A DNA stretch of 64,000 nucleotides from Flectonema sp. DT1601. Taxonomy: Eukaryota. Location: the NCBI GenBank assembly GCA_964019425.1, contig OZ025800.1:124001-188000 (forward strand), in the 5' to 3' direction. The notes below the pieces were generated by a model. That model made no database searches, was not told the DNA's origin, and saw only the letters and a list, made by a program, of their open reading frames with translations. How positions within the stretch are numbered: the first letter of the stretch is position 1; every line of letters begins with the position of its first letter. Both the position numbers and the translations under genes were made by a program. Shown one piece after another: positions 35,152 to 48,100 of this stretch.

Positions 35152-35792
35152 AATTAATTAAGTTGAGGTTGAGAAATTAACCTGTATTGGGGAGATAGGA
35201 TGACACAACACGACACATGCACTGCAATCAATGTATTTCTTTTTTTTTTTTTTATTAAGTTACTTTTGCATCACTCGTTTTTCATACAGCTCCCACTCGA
35301 TCATCAATCAAATGCATCAACGTTTGCAGTACAAACACAATGCAGCCATTTTACCTTGTACACTCACAACACATTTGTATGTCTTTGAGAAATAAATAAA
35401 ACATAAAAAGAAGACACTGCCAACACAACTCTTTATGCGTCGTCAACACATCGTGTATTGATTTCACAATGTGGACAACTTTGAAAGACCGAGTGAAGTG
35501 AAAACCAACTTCCAAAGGCAATCACTTCACTCAAGGAAATATTGAAAAATGGAGAGGAAGAATTAAAATAGAAAACAAGCAAATAGATTACTGAATCAAA
35601 TTGCCATCAAATCATCTGCTGGGTGTGAACCATCGAGGCCGACTAGTCAGCCTTCTGAAGGATCACTCAATTGTATAAAAAGAGGAAAAATAATAAAAAT
35701 GAAACGACTTCGACGAGATATCTGTATCGCATACTCGGAACTTCCAAGTAGTGAAATCCCATCGCACTAAGTCACTGAGTAGTGGAATCTAA

Positions 35793-36524
35793 TCACGCTA
35801 CGACATCAAAATTTATCCAACGAGGAGCAGGAAGGCAGTGACGAGGGCACATTCTCGCATCAGGTCCCTGTGGTCTGGGGTTGCTTGTCTTTGGGCAAAA
35901 GTGTACTCTCACACACTTACCGTCATCAGGAGTGCAAACATTTGGCTCCTCGCAGTTGTGCGGTCCGCGGTGTTTGCAAACATCTTCTTCTTGAGCTCCG
36001 AAGATGGCGATGTACTTCGCGTCATTCTCAAGTTCTGGAAGCAACACGTGCTCCCCAGCCTCAACACGAATTCGGAACGCAACCATCGGCTGAACGAACT
36101 TCTCAAACATGTCCGGAACAATAAATCCTGGAGCACAAGAACCTCCCTGGTGACCCTGAGCAGTCAGAGCCGATGCCAATCCTCCGTTGACAGGACCTGA
36201 GCATCCCGGGCAGTGGTACACATTCACAAAGAAGTCACATCCGATGTGATCAGAGTTTTCATTGCATCTCAATTTGAGTACACTCCCCCTCGGAGTGACT
36301 TCATGAACTGGGAAGTAGTATTGGTTTAACATCACTGATGGAATGTTAATCAGTTCTTCATTATCATTTCCAAAAGGAATTCTCAAATCATTACTATCTT
36401 TCATAACACGTTGTACTCTAACTGTTGAATAATGTCTTCTTAGGATGTGAACTTCTGGACCGCTGATGGCTGCACCGTTGACAGTGGCTGCCAACATAAA
36501 TAGAATTGCTGCGAATGCCTTCAT
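35793..36524 (-). CDS. Secreted Cys-rich protein, array copy 11/17
   Basis: Translation identical to copy 1. Confidence 0.85.
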   Translation of the reverse strand: MKAFAAILFMLAATVNGAAISGPEVHILRRHYSTVRVQRVMKDSNDLRIPFGNDNEELINIPSVMLNQYYFPVHEVTPRGSVLKLRCNENSDHIGCDFFVNVYHCPGCSGPVNGGLASALTAQGHQGGSCAPGFIVPDMFEKFVQPMVAFRIRVEAGEHVLLPELENDAKYIAIFGAQEEDVCKHRGPHNCEEPNVCTPDDGKCVRVHFCPKTSNPRPQGPDARMCPRHCLPAPRWINFDVVA

Positions 36525-37165
36525 AATTAATTAAGTTGAGGTTGAGAAATTAACCTGTATTGGGGAGATAGGATGACACAACACGACACATGCACTGCAA
36601 TCAATGTATTTCTTTTTTTTTTTTTTATTAAGTTACTTTTGCATCACTCGTTTTTCATACAGCTCCCACTCGATCATCAATCAAATGCATCAACGTTTGC
36701 AGTACAAACACAATGCAGCCATTTTACCTTGTACACTCACAACACATTTGTATGTCTTTGAGAAATAAATAAAACATAAAAAGAAGACACTGCCAACACA
36801 ACTCTTTATGCGTCGTCAACACATCGTGTATTGATTTCACAATGTGGACAACTTTGAAAGACCGAGTGAAGTGAAAACCAACTTCCAAAGGCAATCACTT
36901 CACTCAAGGAAATATTGAAAAATGGAGAGGAAGAATTAAAATAGAAAACAAGCAAATAGATTACTGAATCAAATTGCCATCAAATCATCTGCTGGGTGTG
37001 AACCATCGAGGCCGACTAGTCAGCCTTCTGAAGGATCACTCAATTGTATAAAAAGAGGAAAAATAATAAAAATGAAACGACTTCGACGAGATATCTGTAT
37101 CGCATACTCGGAACTTCCAAGTAGTGAAATCCCATCGCACTAAGTCACTGAGTAGTGGAATCTAA

Positions 37166-37897
37166 TCACGCTACGACATCAAAATTTATCCAACGAGGAG
37201 CAGGAAGGCAGTGACGAGGGCACATTCTCGCATCAGGTCCCTGTGGTCTGGGGTTGCTTGTCTTTGGGCAAAAGTGTACTCTCACACACTTACCGTCATC
37301 AGGAGTGCAAACATTTGGCTCCTCGCAGTTGTGCGGTCCGCGGTGTTTGCAAACATCTTCTTCTTGAGCTCCGAAGATGGCGATGTACTTCGCGTCATTC
37401 TCAAGTTCTGGAAGCAACACGTGCTCCCCAGCCTCAACACGAATTCGGAACGCAACCATCGGCTGAACGAACTTCTCAAACATGTCCGGAACAATAAATC
37501 CTGGAGCACAAGAACCTCCCTGGTGACCCTGAGCAGTCAGAGCCGATGCCAATCCTCCGTTGACAGGACCTGAGCATCCCGGGCAGTGGTACACATTCAC
37601 AAAGAAGTCACATCCGATGTGATCAGAGTTTTCATTGCATCTCAATTTGAGTACACTCCCCCTCGGAGTGACTTCATGAACTGGGAAGTAGTATTGGTTT
37701 AACATCACTGATGGAATGTTAATCAGTTCTTCATTATCATTTCCAAAAGGAATTCTCAAATCATTACTATCTTTCATAACACGTTGTACTCTAACTGTTG
37801 AATAATGTCTTCTTAGGATGTGAACTTCTGGACCGCTGATGGCTGCACCGTTGACAGTGGCTGCCAACATAAATAGAATTGCTGCGAATGCCTTCAT
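37166..37897 (-). CDS. Secreted Cys-rich protein, array copy 12/17
   Basis: Translation identical to copy 1. Confidence 0.85.
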   Translation of the reverse strand: MKAFAAILFMLAATVNGAAISGPEVHILRRHYSTVRVQRVMKDSNDLRIPFGNDNEELINIPSVMLNQYYFPVHEVTPRGSVLKLRCNENSDHIGCDFFVNVYHCPGCSGPVNGGLASALTAQGHQGGSCAPGFIVPDMFEKFVQPMVAFRIRVEAGEHVLLPELENDAKYIAIFGAQEEDVCKHRGPHNCEEPNVCTPDDGKCVRVHFCPKTSNPRPQGPDARMCPRHCLPAPRWINFDVVA

Positions 37898-38538
37898 AAT
37901 TAATTAAGTTGAGGTTGAGAAATTAACCTGTATTGGGGAGATAGGATGACACAACACGACACATGCACTGCAATCAATGTATTTCTTTTTTTTTTTTTTA
38001 TTAAGTTACTTTTGCATCACTCGTTTTTCATACAGCTCCCACTCGATCATCAATCAAATGCATCAACGTTTGCAGTACAAACACAATGCAGCCATTTTAC
38101 CTTGTACACTCACAACACATTTGTATGTCTTTGAGAAATAAATAAAACATAAAAAGAAGACACTGCCAACACAACTCTTTATGCGTCGTCAACACATCGT
38201 GTATTGATTTCACAATGTGGACAACTTTGAAAGACCGAGTGAAGTGAAAACCAACTTCCAAAGGCAATCACTTCACTCAAGGAAATATTGAAAAATGGAG
38301 AGGAAGAATTAAAATAGAAAACAAGCAAATAGATTACTGAATCAAATTGCCATCAAATCATCTGCTGGGTGTGAACCATCGAGGCCGACTAGTCAGCCTT
38401 CTGAAGGATCACTCAATTGTATAAAAAGAGGAAAAATAATAAAAATGAAACGACTTCGACGAGATATCTGTATCGCATACTCGGAACTTCCAAGTAGTGA
38501 AATCCCATCGCACTAAGTCACTGAGTAGTGGAATCTAA

Positions 38539-39270
38539 TCACGCTACGACATCAAAATTTATCCAACGAGGAGCAGGAAGGCAGTGACGAGGGCACATTC
38601 TCGCATCAGGTCCCTGTGGTCTGGGGTTGCTTGTCTTTGGGCAAAAGTGTACTCTCACACACTTACCGTCATCAGGAGTGCAAACATTTGGCTCCTCGCA
38701 GTTGTGCGGTCCGCGGTGTTTGCAAACATCTTCTTCTTGAGCTCCGAAGATGGCGATGTACTTCGCGTCATTCTCAAGTTCTGGAAGCAACACGTGCTCC
38801 CCAGCCTCAACACGAATTCGGAACGCAACCATCGGCTGAACGAACTTCTCAAACATGTCCGGAACAATAAATCCTGGAGCACAAGAACCTCCCTGGTGAC
38901 CCTGAGCAGTCAGAGCCGATGCCAATCCTCCGTTGACAGGACCTGAGCATCCCGGGCAGTGGTACACATTCACAAAGAAGTCACATCCGATGTGATCAGA
39001 GTTTTCATTGCATCTCAATTTGAGTACACTCCCCCTCGGAGTGACTTCATGAACTGGGAAGTAGTATTGGTTTAACATCACTGATGGAATGTTAATCAGT
39101 TCTTCATTATCATTTCCAAAAGGAATTCTCAAATCATTACTATCTTTCATAACACGTTGTACTCTAACTGTTGAATAATGTCTTCTTAGGATGTGAACTT
39201 CTGGACCGCTGATGGCTGCACCGTTGACAGTGGCTGCCAACATAAATAGAATTGCTGCGAATGCCTTCAT
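38539..39270 (-). CDS. Secreted Cys-rich protein, array copy 13/17
   Basis: Translation identical to copy 1. Confidence 0.85.
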   Translation of the reverse strand: MKAFAAILFMLAATVNGAAISGPEVHILRRHYSTVRVQRVMKDSNDLRIPFGNDNEELINIPSVMLNQYYFPVHEVTPRGSVLKLRCNENSDHIGCDFFVNVYHCPGCSGPVNGGLASALTAQGHQGGSCAPGFIVPDMFEKFVQPMVAFRIRVEAGEHVLLPELENDAKYIAIFGAQEEDVCKHRGPHNCEEPNVCTPDDGKCVRVHFCPKTSNPRPQGPDARMCPRHCLPAPRWINFDVVA

Positions 39271-39911
39271 AATTAATTAAGTTGAGGTTGAGAAATTAAC
39301 CTGTATTGGGGAGATAGGATGACACAACACGACACATGCACTGCAATCAATGTATTTCTTTTTTTTTTTTTTATTAAGTTACTTTTGCATCACTCGTTTT
39401 TCATACAGCTCCCACTCGATCATCAATCAAATGCATCAACGTTTGCAGTACAAACACAATGCAGCCATTTTACCTTGTACACTCACAACACATTTGTATG
39501 TCTTTGAGAAATAAATAAAACATAAAAAGAAGACACTGCCAACACAACTCTTTATGCGTCGTCAACACATCGTGTATTGATTTCACAATGTGGACAACTT
39601 TGAAAGACCGAGTGAAGTGAAAACCAACTTCCAAAGGCAATCACTTCACTCAAGGAAATATTGAAAAATGGAGAGGAAGAATTAAAATAGAAAACAAGCA
39701 AATAGATTACTGAATCAAATTGCCATCAAATCATCTGCTGGGTGTGAACCATCGAGGCCGACTAGTCAGCCTTCTGAAGGATCACTCAATTGTATAAAAA
39801 GAGGAAAAATAATAAAAATGAAACGACTTCGACGAGATATCTGTATCGCATACTCGGAACTTCCAAGTAGTGAAATCCCATCGCACTAAGTCACTGAGTA
39901 GTGGAATCTAA

Positions 39912-40643
39912 TCACGCTACGACATCAAAATTTATCCAACGAGGAGCAGGAAGGCAGTGACGAGGGCACATTCTCGCATCAGGTCCCTGTGGTCTGGGGT
40001 TGCTTGTCTTTGGGCAAAAGTGTACTCTCACACACTTACCGTCATCAGGAGTGCAAACATTTGGCTCCTCGCAGTTGTGCGGTCCGCGGTGTTTGCAAAC
40101 ATCTTCTTCTTGAGCTCCGAAGATGGCGATGTACTTCGCGTCATTCTCAAGTTCTGGAAGCAACACGTGCTCCCCAGCCTCAACACGAATTCGGAACGCA
40201 ACCATCGGCTGAACGAACTTCTCAAACATGTCCGGAACAATAAATCCTGGAGCACAAGAACCTCCCTGGTGACCCTGAGCAGTCAGAGCCGATGCCAATC
40301 CTCCGTTGACAGGACCTGAGCATCCCGGGCAGTGGTACACATTCACAAAGAAGTCACATCCGATGTGATCAGAGTTTTCATTGCATCTCAATTTGAGTAC
40401 ACTCCCCCTCGGAGTGACTTCATGAACTGGGAAGTAGTATTGGTTTAACATCACTGATGGAATGTTAATCAGTTCTTCATTATCATTTCCAAAAGGAATT
40501 CTCAAATCATTACTATCTTTCATAACACGTTGTACTCTAACTGTTGAATAATGTCTTCTTAGGATGTGAACTTCTGGACCGCTGATGGCTGCACCGTTGA
40601 CAGTGGCTGCCAACATAAATAGAATTGCTGCGAATGCCTTCAT
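39912..40643 (-). CDS. Secreted Cys-rich protein, array copy 14/17
   Basis: Translation identical to copy 1. Confidence 0.85.
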   Translation of the reverse strand: MKAFAAILFMLAATVNGAAISGPEVHILRRHYSTVRVQRVMKDSNDLRIPFGNDNEELINIPSVMLNQYYFPVHEVTPRGSVLKLRCNENSDHIGCDFFVNVYHCPGCSGPVNGGLASALTAQGHQGGSCAPGFIVPDMFEKFVQPMVAFRIRVEAGEHVLLPELENDAKYIAIFGAQEEDVCKHRGPHNCEEPNVCTPDDGKCVRVHFCPKTSNPRPQGPDARMCPRHCLPAPRWINFDVVA

Positions 40644-41284
40644 AATTAATTAAGTTGAGGTTGAGAAATTAACCTGTATTGGGGAGATAGGATGACACAA
40701 CACGACACATGCACTGCAATCAATGTATTTCTTTTTTTTTTTTTTATTAAGTTACTTTTGCATCACTCGTTTTTCATACAGCTCCCACTCGATCATCAAT
40801 CAAATGCATCAACGTTTGCAGTACAAACACAATGCAGCCATTTTACCTTGTACACTCACAACACATTTGTATGTCTTTGAGAAATAAATAAAACATAAAA
40901 AGAAGACACTGCCAACACAACTCTTTATGCGTCGTCAACACATCGTGTATTGATTTCACAATGTGGACAACTTTGAAAGACCGAGTGAAGTGAAAACCAA
41001 CTTCCAAAGGCAATCACTTCACTCAAGGAAATATTGAAAAATGGAGAGGAAGAATTAAAATAGAAAACAAGCAAATAGATTACTGAATCAAATTGCCATC
41101 AAATCATCTGCTGGGTGTGAACCATCGAGGCCGACTAGTCAGCCTTCTGAAGGATCACTCAATTGTATAAAAAGAGGAAAAATAATAAAAATGAAACGAC
41201 TTCGACGAGATATCTGTATCGCATACTCGGAACTTCCAAGTAGTGAAATCCCATCGCACTAAGTCACTGAGTAGTGGAATCTAA

Positions 41285-42016
41285 TCACGCTACGACATCA
41301 AAATTTATCCAACGAGGAGCAGGAAGGCAGTGACGAGGGCACATTCTCGCATCAGGTCCCTGTGGTCTGGGGTTGCTTGTCTTTGGGCAAAAGTGTACTC
41401 TCACACACTTACCGTCATCAGGAGTGCAAACATTTGGCTCCTCGCAGTTGTGCGGTCCGCGGTGTTTGCAAACATCTTCTTCTTGAGCTCCGAAGATGGC
41501 GATGTACTTCGCGTCATTCTCAAGTTCTGGAAGCAACACGTGCTCCCCAGCCTCAACACGAATTCGGAACGCAACCATCGGCTGAACGAACTTCTCAAAC
41601 ATGTCCGGAACAATAAATCCTGGAGCACAAGAACCTCCCTGGTGACCCTGAGCAGTCAGAGCCGATGCCAATCCTCCGTTGACAGGACCTGAGCATCCCG
41701 GGCAGTGGTACACATTCACAAAGAAGTCACATCCGATGTGATCAGAGTTTTCATTGCATCTCAATTTGAGTACACTCCCCCTCGGAGTGACTTCATGAAC
41801 TGGGAAGTAGTATTGGTTTAACATCACTGATGGAATGTTAATCAGTTCTTCATTATCATTTCCAAAAGGAATTCTCAAATCATTACTATCTTTCATAACA
41901 CGTTGTACTCTAACTGTTGAATAATGTCTTCTTAGGATGTGAACTTCTGGACCGCTGATGGCTGCACCGTTGACAGTGGCTGCCAACATAAATAGAATTG
42001 CTGCGAATGCCTTCAT
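41285..42016 (-). CDS. Secreted Cys-rich protein, array copy 15/17
   Basis: Translation identical to copy 1. Confidence 0.85.
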   Translation of the reverse strand: MKAFAAILFMLAATVNGAAISGPEVHILRRHYSTVRVQRVMKDSNDLRIPFGNDNEELINIPSVMLNQYYFPVHEVTPRGSVLKLRCNENSDHIGCDFFVNVYHCPGCSGPVNGGLASALTAQGHQGGSCAPGFIVPDMFEKFVQPMVAFRIRVEAGEHVLLPELENDAKYIAIFGAQEEDVCKHRGPHNCEEPNVCTPDDGKCVRVHFCPKTSNPRPQGPDARMCPRHCLPAPRWINFDVVA

Positions 42017-42657
42017 AATTAATTAAGTTGAGGTTGAGAAATTAACCTGTATTGGGGAGATAGGATGACACAACACGACACATGCACTGCAATCAATGTA
42101 TTTCTTTTTTTTTTTTTTATTAAGTTACTTTTGCATCACTCGTTTTTCATACAGCTCCCACTCGATCATCAATCAAATGCATCAACGTTTGCAGTACAAA
42201 CACAATGCAGCCATTTTACCTTGTACACTCACAACACATTTGTATGTCTTTGAGAAATAAATAAAACATAAAAAGAAGACACTGCCAACACAACTCTTTA
42301 TGCGTCGTCAACACATCGTGTATTGATTTCACAATGTGGACAACTTTGAAAGACCGAGTGAAGTGAAAACCAACTTCCAAAGGCAATCACTTCACTCAAG
42401 GAAATATTGAAAAATGGAGAGGAAGAATTAAAATAGAAAACAAGCAAATAGATTACTGAATCAAATTGCCATCAAATCATCTGCTGGGTGTGAACCATCG
42501 AGGCCGACTAGTCAGCCTTCTGAAGGATCACTCAATTGTATAAAAAGAGGAAAAATAATAAAAATGAAACGACTTCGACGAGATATCTGTATCGCATACT
42601 CGGAACTTCCAAGTAGTGAAATCCCATCGCACTAAGTCACTGAGTAGTGGAATCTAA

Positions 42658-43389
42658 TCACGCTACGACATCAAAATTTATCCAACGAGGAGCAGGAAGG
42701 CAGTGACGAGGGCACATTCTCGCATCAGGTCCCTGTGGTCTGGGGTTGCTTGTCTTTGGGCAAAAGTGTACTCTCACACACTTACCGTCATCAGGAGTGC
42801 AAACATTTGGCTCCTCGCAGTTGTGCGGTCCGCGGTGTTTGCAAACATCTTCTTCTTGAGCTCCGAAGATGGCGATGTACTTCGCGTCATTCTCAAGTTC
42901 TGGAAGCAACACGTGCTCCCCAGCCTCAACACGAATTCGGAACGCAACCATCGGCTGAACGAACTTCTCAAACATGTCCGGAACAATAAATCCTGGAGCA
43001 CAAGAACCTCCCTGGTGACCCTGAGCAGTCAGAGCCGATGCCAATCCTCCGTTGACAGGACCTGAGCATCCCGGGCAGTGGTACACATTCACAAAGAAGT
43101 CACATCCGATGTGATCAGAGTTTTCATTGCATCTCAATTTGAGTACACTCCCCCTCGGAGTGACTTCATGAACTGGGAAGTAGTATTGGTTTAACATCAC
43201 TGATGGAATGTTAATCAGTTCTTCATTATCATTTCCAAAAGGAATTCTCAAATCATTACTATCTTTCATAACACGTTGTACTCTAACTGTTGAATAATGT
43301 CTTCTTAGGATGTGAACTTCTGGACCGCTGATGGCTGCACCGTTGACAGTGGCTGCCAACATAAATAGAATTGCTGCGAATGCCTTCAT
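42658..43389 (-). CDS. Secreted Cys-rich protein, array copy 16/17
   Basis: Translation identical to copy 1. Confidence 0.85.
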   Translation of the reverse strand: MKAFAAILFMLAATVNGAAISGPEVHILRRHYSTVRVQRVMKDSNDLRIPFGNDNEELINIPSVMLNQYYFPVHEVTPRGSVLKLRCNENSDHIGCDFFVNVYHCPGCSGPVNGGLASALTAQGHQGGSCAPGFIVPDMFEKFVQPMVAFRIRVEAGEHVLLPELENDAKYIAIFGAQEEDVCKHRGPHNCEEPNVCTPDDGKCVRVHFCPKTSNPRPQGPDARMCPRHCLPAPRWINFDVVA

Positions 43390-44030
43390 AATTAATTAAG
43401 TTGAGGTTGAGAAATTAACCTGTATTGGGGAGATAGGATGACACAACACGACACATGCACTGCAATCAATGTATTTCTTTTTTTTTTTTTTATTAAGTTA
43501 CTTTTGCATCACTCGTTTTTCATACAGCTCCCACTCGATCATCAATCAAATGCATCAACGTTTGCAGTACAAACACAATGCAGCCATTTTACCTTGTACA
43601 CTCACAACACATTTGTATGTCTTTGAGAAATAAATAAAACATAAAAAGAAGACACTGCCAACACAACTCTTTATGCGTCGTCAACACATCGTGTATTGAT
43701 TTCACAATGTGGACAACTTTGAAAGACCGAGTGAAGTGAAAACCAACTTCCAAAGGCAATCACTTCACTCAAGGAAATATTGAAAAATGGAGAGGAAGAA
43801 TTAAAATAGAAAACAAGCAAATAGATTACTGAATCAAATTGCCATCAAATCATCTGCTGGGTGTGAACCATCGAGGCCGACTAGTCAGCCTTCTGAAGGA
43901 TCACTCAATTGTATAAAAAGAGGAAAAATAATAAAAATGAAACGACTTCGACGAGATATCTGTATCGCATACTCGGAACTTCCAAGTAGTGAAATCCCAT
44001 CGCACTAAGTCACTGAGTAGTGGAATCTAA

Positions 44031-44762
44031 TCACGCTACGACATCAAAATTTATCCAACGAGGAGCAGGAAGGCAGTGACGAGGGCACATTCTCGCATCA
44101 GGTCCCTGTGGTCTGGGGTTGCTTGTCTTTGGGCAAAAGTGTACTCTCACACACTTACCGTCATCAGGAGTGCAAACATTTGGCTCCTCGCAGTTGTGCG
44201 GTCCGCGGTGTTTGCAAACATCTTCTTCTTGAGCTCCGAAGATGGCGATGTACTTCGCGTCATTCTCAAGTTCTGGAAGCAACACGTGCTCCCCAGCCTC
44301 AACACGAATTCGGAACGCAACCATCGGCTGAACGAACTTCTCAAACATGTCCGGAACAATAAATCCTGGAGCACAAGAACCTCCCTGGTGACCCTGAGCA
44401 GTCAGAGCCGATGCCAATCCTCCGTTGACAGGACCTGAGCATCCCGGGCAGTGGTACACATTCACAAAGAAGTCACATCCGATGTGATCAGAGTTTTCAT
44501 TGCATCTCAATTTGAGTACACTCCCCCTCGGAGTGACTTCATGAACTGGGAAGTAGTATTGGTTTAACATCACTGATGGAATGTTAATCAGTTCTTCATT
44601 ATCATTTCCAAAAGGAATTCTCAAATCATTACTATCTTTCATAACACGTTGTACTCTAACTGTTGAATAATGTCTTCTTAGGATGTGAACTTCTGGACCG
44701 CTGATGGCTGCACCGTTGACAGTGGCTGCCAACATAAATAGAATTGCTGCGAATGCCTTCAT
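44031..44762 (-). CDS. Secreted Cys-rich protein, array copy 17/17 (first transcribed)
   Basis: Translation identical to copy 1; unique upstream flank begins at 44801. Confidence 0.85.
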   Translation of the reverse strand: MKAFAAILFMLAATVNGAAISGPEVHILRRHYSTVRVQRVMKDSNDLRIPFGNDNEELINIPSVMLNQYYFPVHEVTPRGSVLKLRCNENSDHIGCDFFVNVYHCPGCSGPVNGGLASALTAQGHQGGSCAPGFIVPDMFEKFVQPMVAFRIRVEAGEHVLLPELENDAKYIAIFGAQEEDVCKHRGPHNCEEPNVCTPDDGKCVRVHFCPKTSNPRPQGPDARMCPRHCLPAPRWINFDVVA

Positions 44763-45160
44763 AATTAATTAAGTTGAGGTTGAGAAATTAACCTGTATTG
44801 AGAATGCGATGAATATAATAAGTTAACTGATAAGGTTAGCAGTCAGGTGCCGCTGACTAATAAACCTGCAGAGGTATGGAAGATAAATGTAACAACGACG
44901 ACAGTTAGAAGAGATTACCACAAAAACGATCGAATTCGTTCAAATGTCAAAACACGACAACCAGTAAACATTAAATAAACAGAATGAAAACGAACCGTTT
45001 AAAACAAGAAAGCACAGTCGCCAATGTCAACAGTCGATAAAAAAATAATAAACAAAAAATCCGAATCATATTCGAAGTTTTGTGTCTTGTTGTGACTAAT
45101 CAAATCTCACCAAAGAAGAATATGCATTACTATAAATGTGTAATCGTTTTAAATAGCAGC

Positions 45161-48100
45161 CTACTTGTCCCGAGCAGACAAATACTTATCTACGCATTCA
45201 GCGTAGAATTCTGGTGTGTTTCTAGTGAAACGTGCCTGACTTGCTGCATCATGAAAGTCCTGTTTTATTATTGTTTAAACTTTACAGAGTCATAATATAA
45301 TTACGGGGAAAATAAAAATAAATAACTCGCATACCCTCGGAACACTGACCACAGTAGGGGAAGTAAACATGGTAACATAAGGTCTTGCAGCTCTAGCACT
45401 TCCGTAATGAGAGAGAACTTCAACACGAACCTGTTTTTTTTTATTTGTTTTAAATTTTGACTACCAGAATCATATTAAAAAGAATCGAATCAAACCTTTC
45501 TAATACTCGACAGCTGATACTGTACTGGGAATAAGTAGTGAAGTGGAACACCAACTTCTACTATCGGAGTTACGAAATCTCCAACATGAATATGAGAAAG
45601 AGAATCAAGTCCTATTCCTCTAAAGAATGTTATTCTAATGTCACGAGGTTGAGCTGTACGATCATCTGACTTACTTGAGATTGTGAAACCCATTATTAAC
45701 TTAGTAGCATCAGAAGAACGTAATGTAATACTAAGAATACTATCTCTTGAAGACCATTCTTCATTCTCTCTTTGTAATGAAACCCTTTTAATATCTTCAT
45801 GATACTTTGTTAAGTATCCACTCACTCCATTCTTAGCATCTCCTTCTTCATCTTCTCGTTGGATGTATTCTTCACAGATGGTTCCAATCTTTCGTGGTGA
45901 CGATGCTGGTTTAGTAGACGTGTTCTCTTTCTCATCACTTAAATCTAAAATAGGGAGTCCATGAACTAATACACTTCCAATGTGAATACTACTCTTAACA
46001 GATTCCTGTTCTTCAGTTAAAACATCAGTTTTAGATATGTGAAGTCTTACTATTCTAGCGCCCTTCTCAGGGGGGTAGTTTCCAAGTGAAAATTCGCATT
46101 TTGATTCTGCGCTCATAGGACCTACCTCCCAGTCACCACAAGGGTATAATTGAGTTATTAGAAGACCACAAGAAACTGAAATAGTTATTGTGTCTGATTC
46201 TGCACCAATTCTATTATTTGAGTAACCAAGAAGATCAGATATTAATACAAGTGAAGTGATGTGACTAACAACAGGAAGTATGATATCAATTGTTACAGAA
46301 TCACAAGAAGGAGGTGCTTTCCAGAAAGTACTTCTATTTAATCCTGAGAGAGAACAACCAGTAATGTCAGTGTTCAGCTTTCGATGTTTGTGATAAAGAA
46401 TTGTCTCAATTGGAGGAGACTCTGCTGCAGTCGGAACCGATGAATAAATCGCTGCCGCTAAGTCCTCCGCAATACTGTACGGCTGACTCAACAGTTGCTC
46501 AAAGTTAGTAGCGACAGGAAACCCTTTCGTCACATCATTTCTAAAGACGTGAAGATAGAGTTCGTTGATTCCAGGGAGTCGCTTTTCTTCTTGCAGTTTC
46601 TGCTGTGATTTAGCCAGGTGTTGTATGCTGCTTACTATTGATTTTTGTCTGATTACTTCTTCTGCACATCGCAGGCAGACTTCATTTGTTGGTTCGTCCC
46701 AACTGTATTCCAAAATTATCATCTTTTCCTTTGCGAGGCAGTCTTTGCAGAATATCATTCTACAGTATGCACATGAACCCTTTCCTCTAATTGAGAATCG
46801 AAGTGATTTCTGACAATACGAAACACTGCAGGTTGGGGTTTGTAGTTTTCGTCGTAAGGCCTGTTCAAGAATAGGATCTCTTCGATGAATTAATCTTGAA
46901 GGGTTAAATAAATCAGAATCTTGACCTACTCTATACAGTAATGAATCTCTTACTAAAGAACTAATACCTGAAGTAAGTCTGATGTATTCAAGTGACAATG
47001 CTTCACCAAAGTCTATAGCTCTTCTTCTCCTTTCTTCAATCTGATCCGAATATTTAATATAAGATTGTCTGAGTGATATATCTGACGCATGAGGGAAAGC
47101 TTTCTTTGGGTATTGATCTTTCTTAGCCATAGACCTCGATCGGGGACGAGGTGGCTCAACAGGTGTTGTTGGATTAGATGCATCTTTTGATGTGTTCAGT
47201 TCTTCAGATGGCTCTTCAAACTTGATTGCTGTCTGGTCTTCCATATCAGAGAGACCATCAGAATCATCATCATCACTGTCTGGTACCAAGTCATCAACGT
47301 CTTCAATAGCGTAAAGTGTTTTTAGTGAAATACCAACACGAGCAGCTAACTCTGCTCCTGGTGACAGTGGTGTCTTATCTGGGTCACTAACACCACCAAG
47401 TTGCGGAAACGTTAAATTCGCCAACTTCGGCAACATCTCTTCCAGACTGTTTGTTTCACTACCAGCAGCAACCCTTTCCCCAAATATTTGAACGTTGCCT
47501 AACAACATCGGCTTCTCAGCACACAGAGAGTGAAATATAACCTGAACGACTCGAAAGAATGGCGGCGGGGAAGAATTTGGATCTCCGAAATTATAAAGCG
47601 ACCCGGAAATAGTTCTGCTACACTCATGTCCAGAGATATGAGAAGGGAAAGTGTATCGAAGTGTTGTATTACAAGGTGTTATTGGAAGACGAAGACCTTT
47701 GAATGCTGGAAAGCAGGCATCTGCGTGATGACCAACAAGAACATCAACAGCAGCGGGTGTGAGTAGTTCTGTCTCTCCAGAAGTACCAACATGTCGGATG
47801 TTAAAATGAATTTCTGTTAGTCTGCAGAAGTACGGCAACACAATCTGAAGATCAGCATGAGTTAGAGATACAGGAATTACCCAAGGATCATATCGACTAT
47901 TACTTGCAGACAGTAAAACAGTTTCCTGTGAGACAACAGGTAGCTCAGTACTCTTAAATGGACTTGGAACAGCTGCAACTAAAGTAGCACATCCAGGCTG
48001 AGATACCAAAACAGTTTTGTGACTACCTGGACCTTCCTTAAATAGAGAAGGGAAATACTTATCAACCTTATGCTGTAACAATAACTCTAACTGTTCTGTT

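Larger units (their letters stand above)
21618..44800. repeat. Tandem gene array, period 1373 bp: 17 copies of a 1215-bp gene block separated by 16 copies of a 158-bp spacer
   Basis: ORF coordinates recur every 1373 bp from 22063 to 44031. Identity begins at attttacc (21618, matching 22991) and ends at acctgtattg (44800, matching 22832). No differences seen by eye. Confidence 0.98.

Noticed and set aside
21618..44800. CRISPR-like, SL-RNA or 5S rRNA array interpretation
   Set aside because: Spacers are identical rather than variable, the unit carries a protein gene, and I found no recognisable SL exon or 5S sequence.
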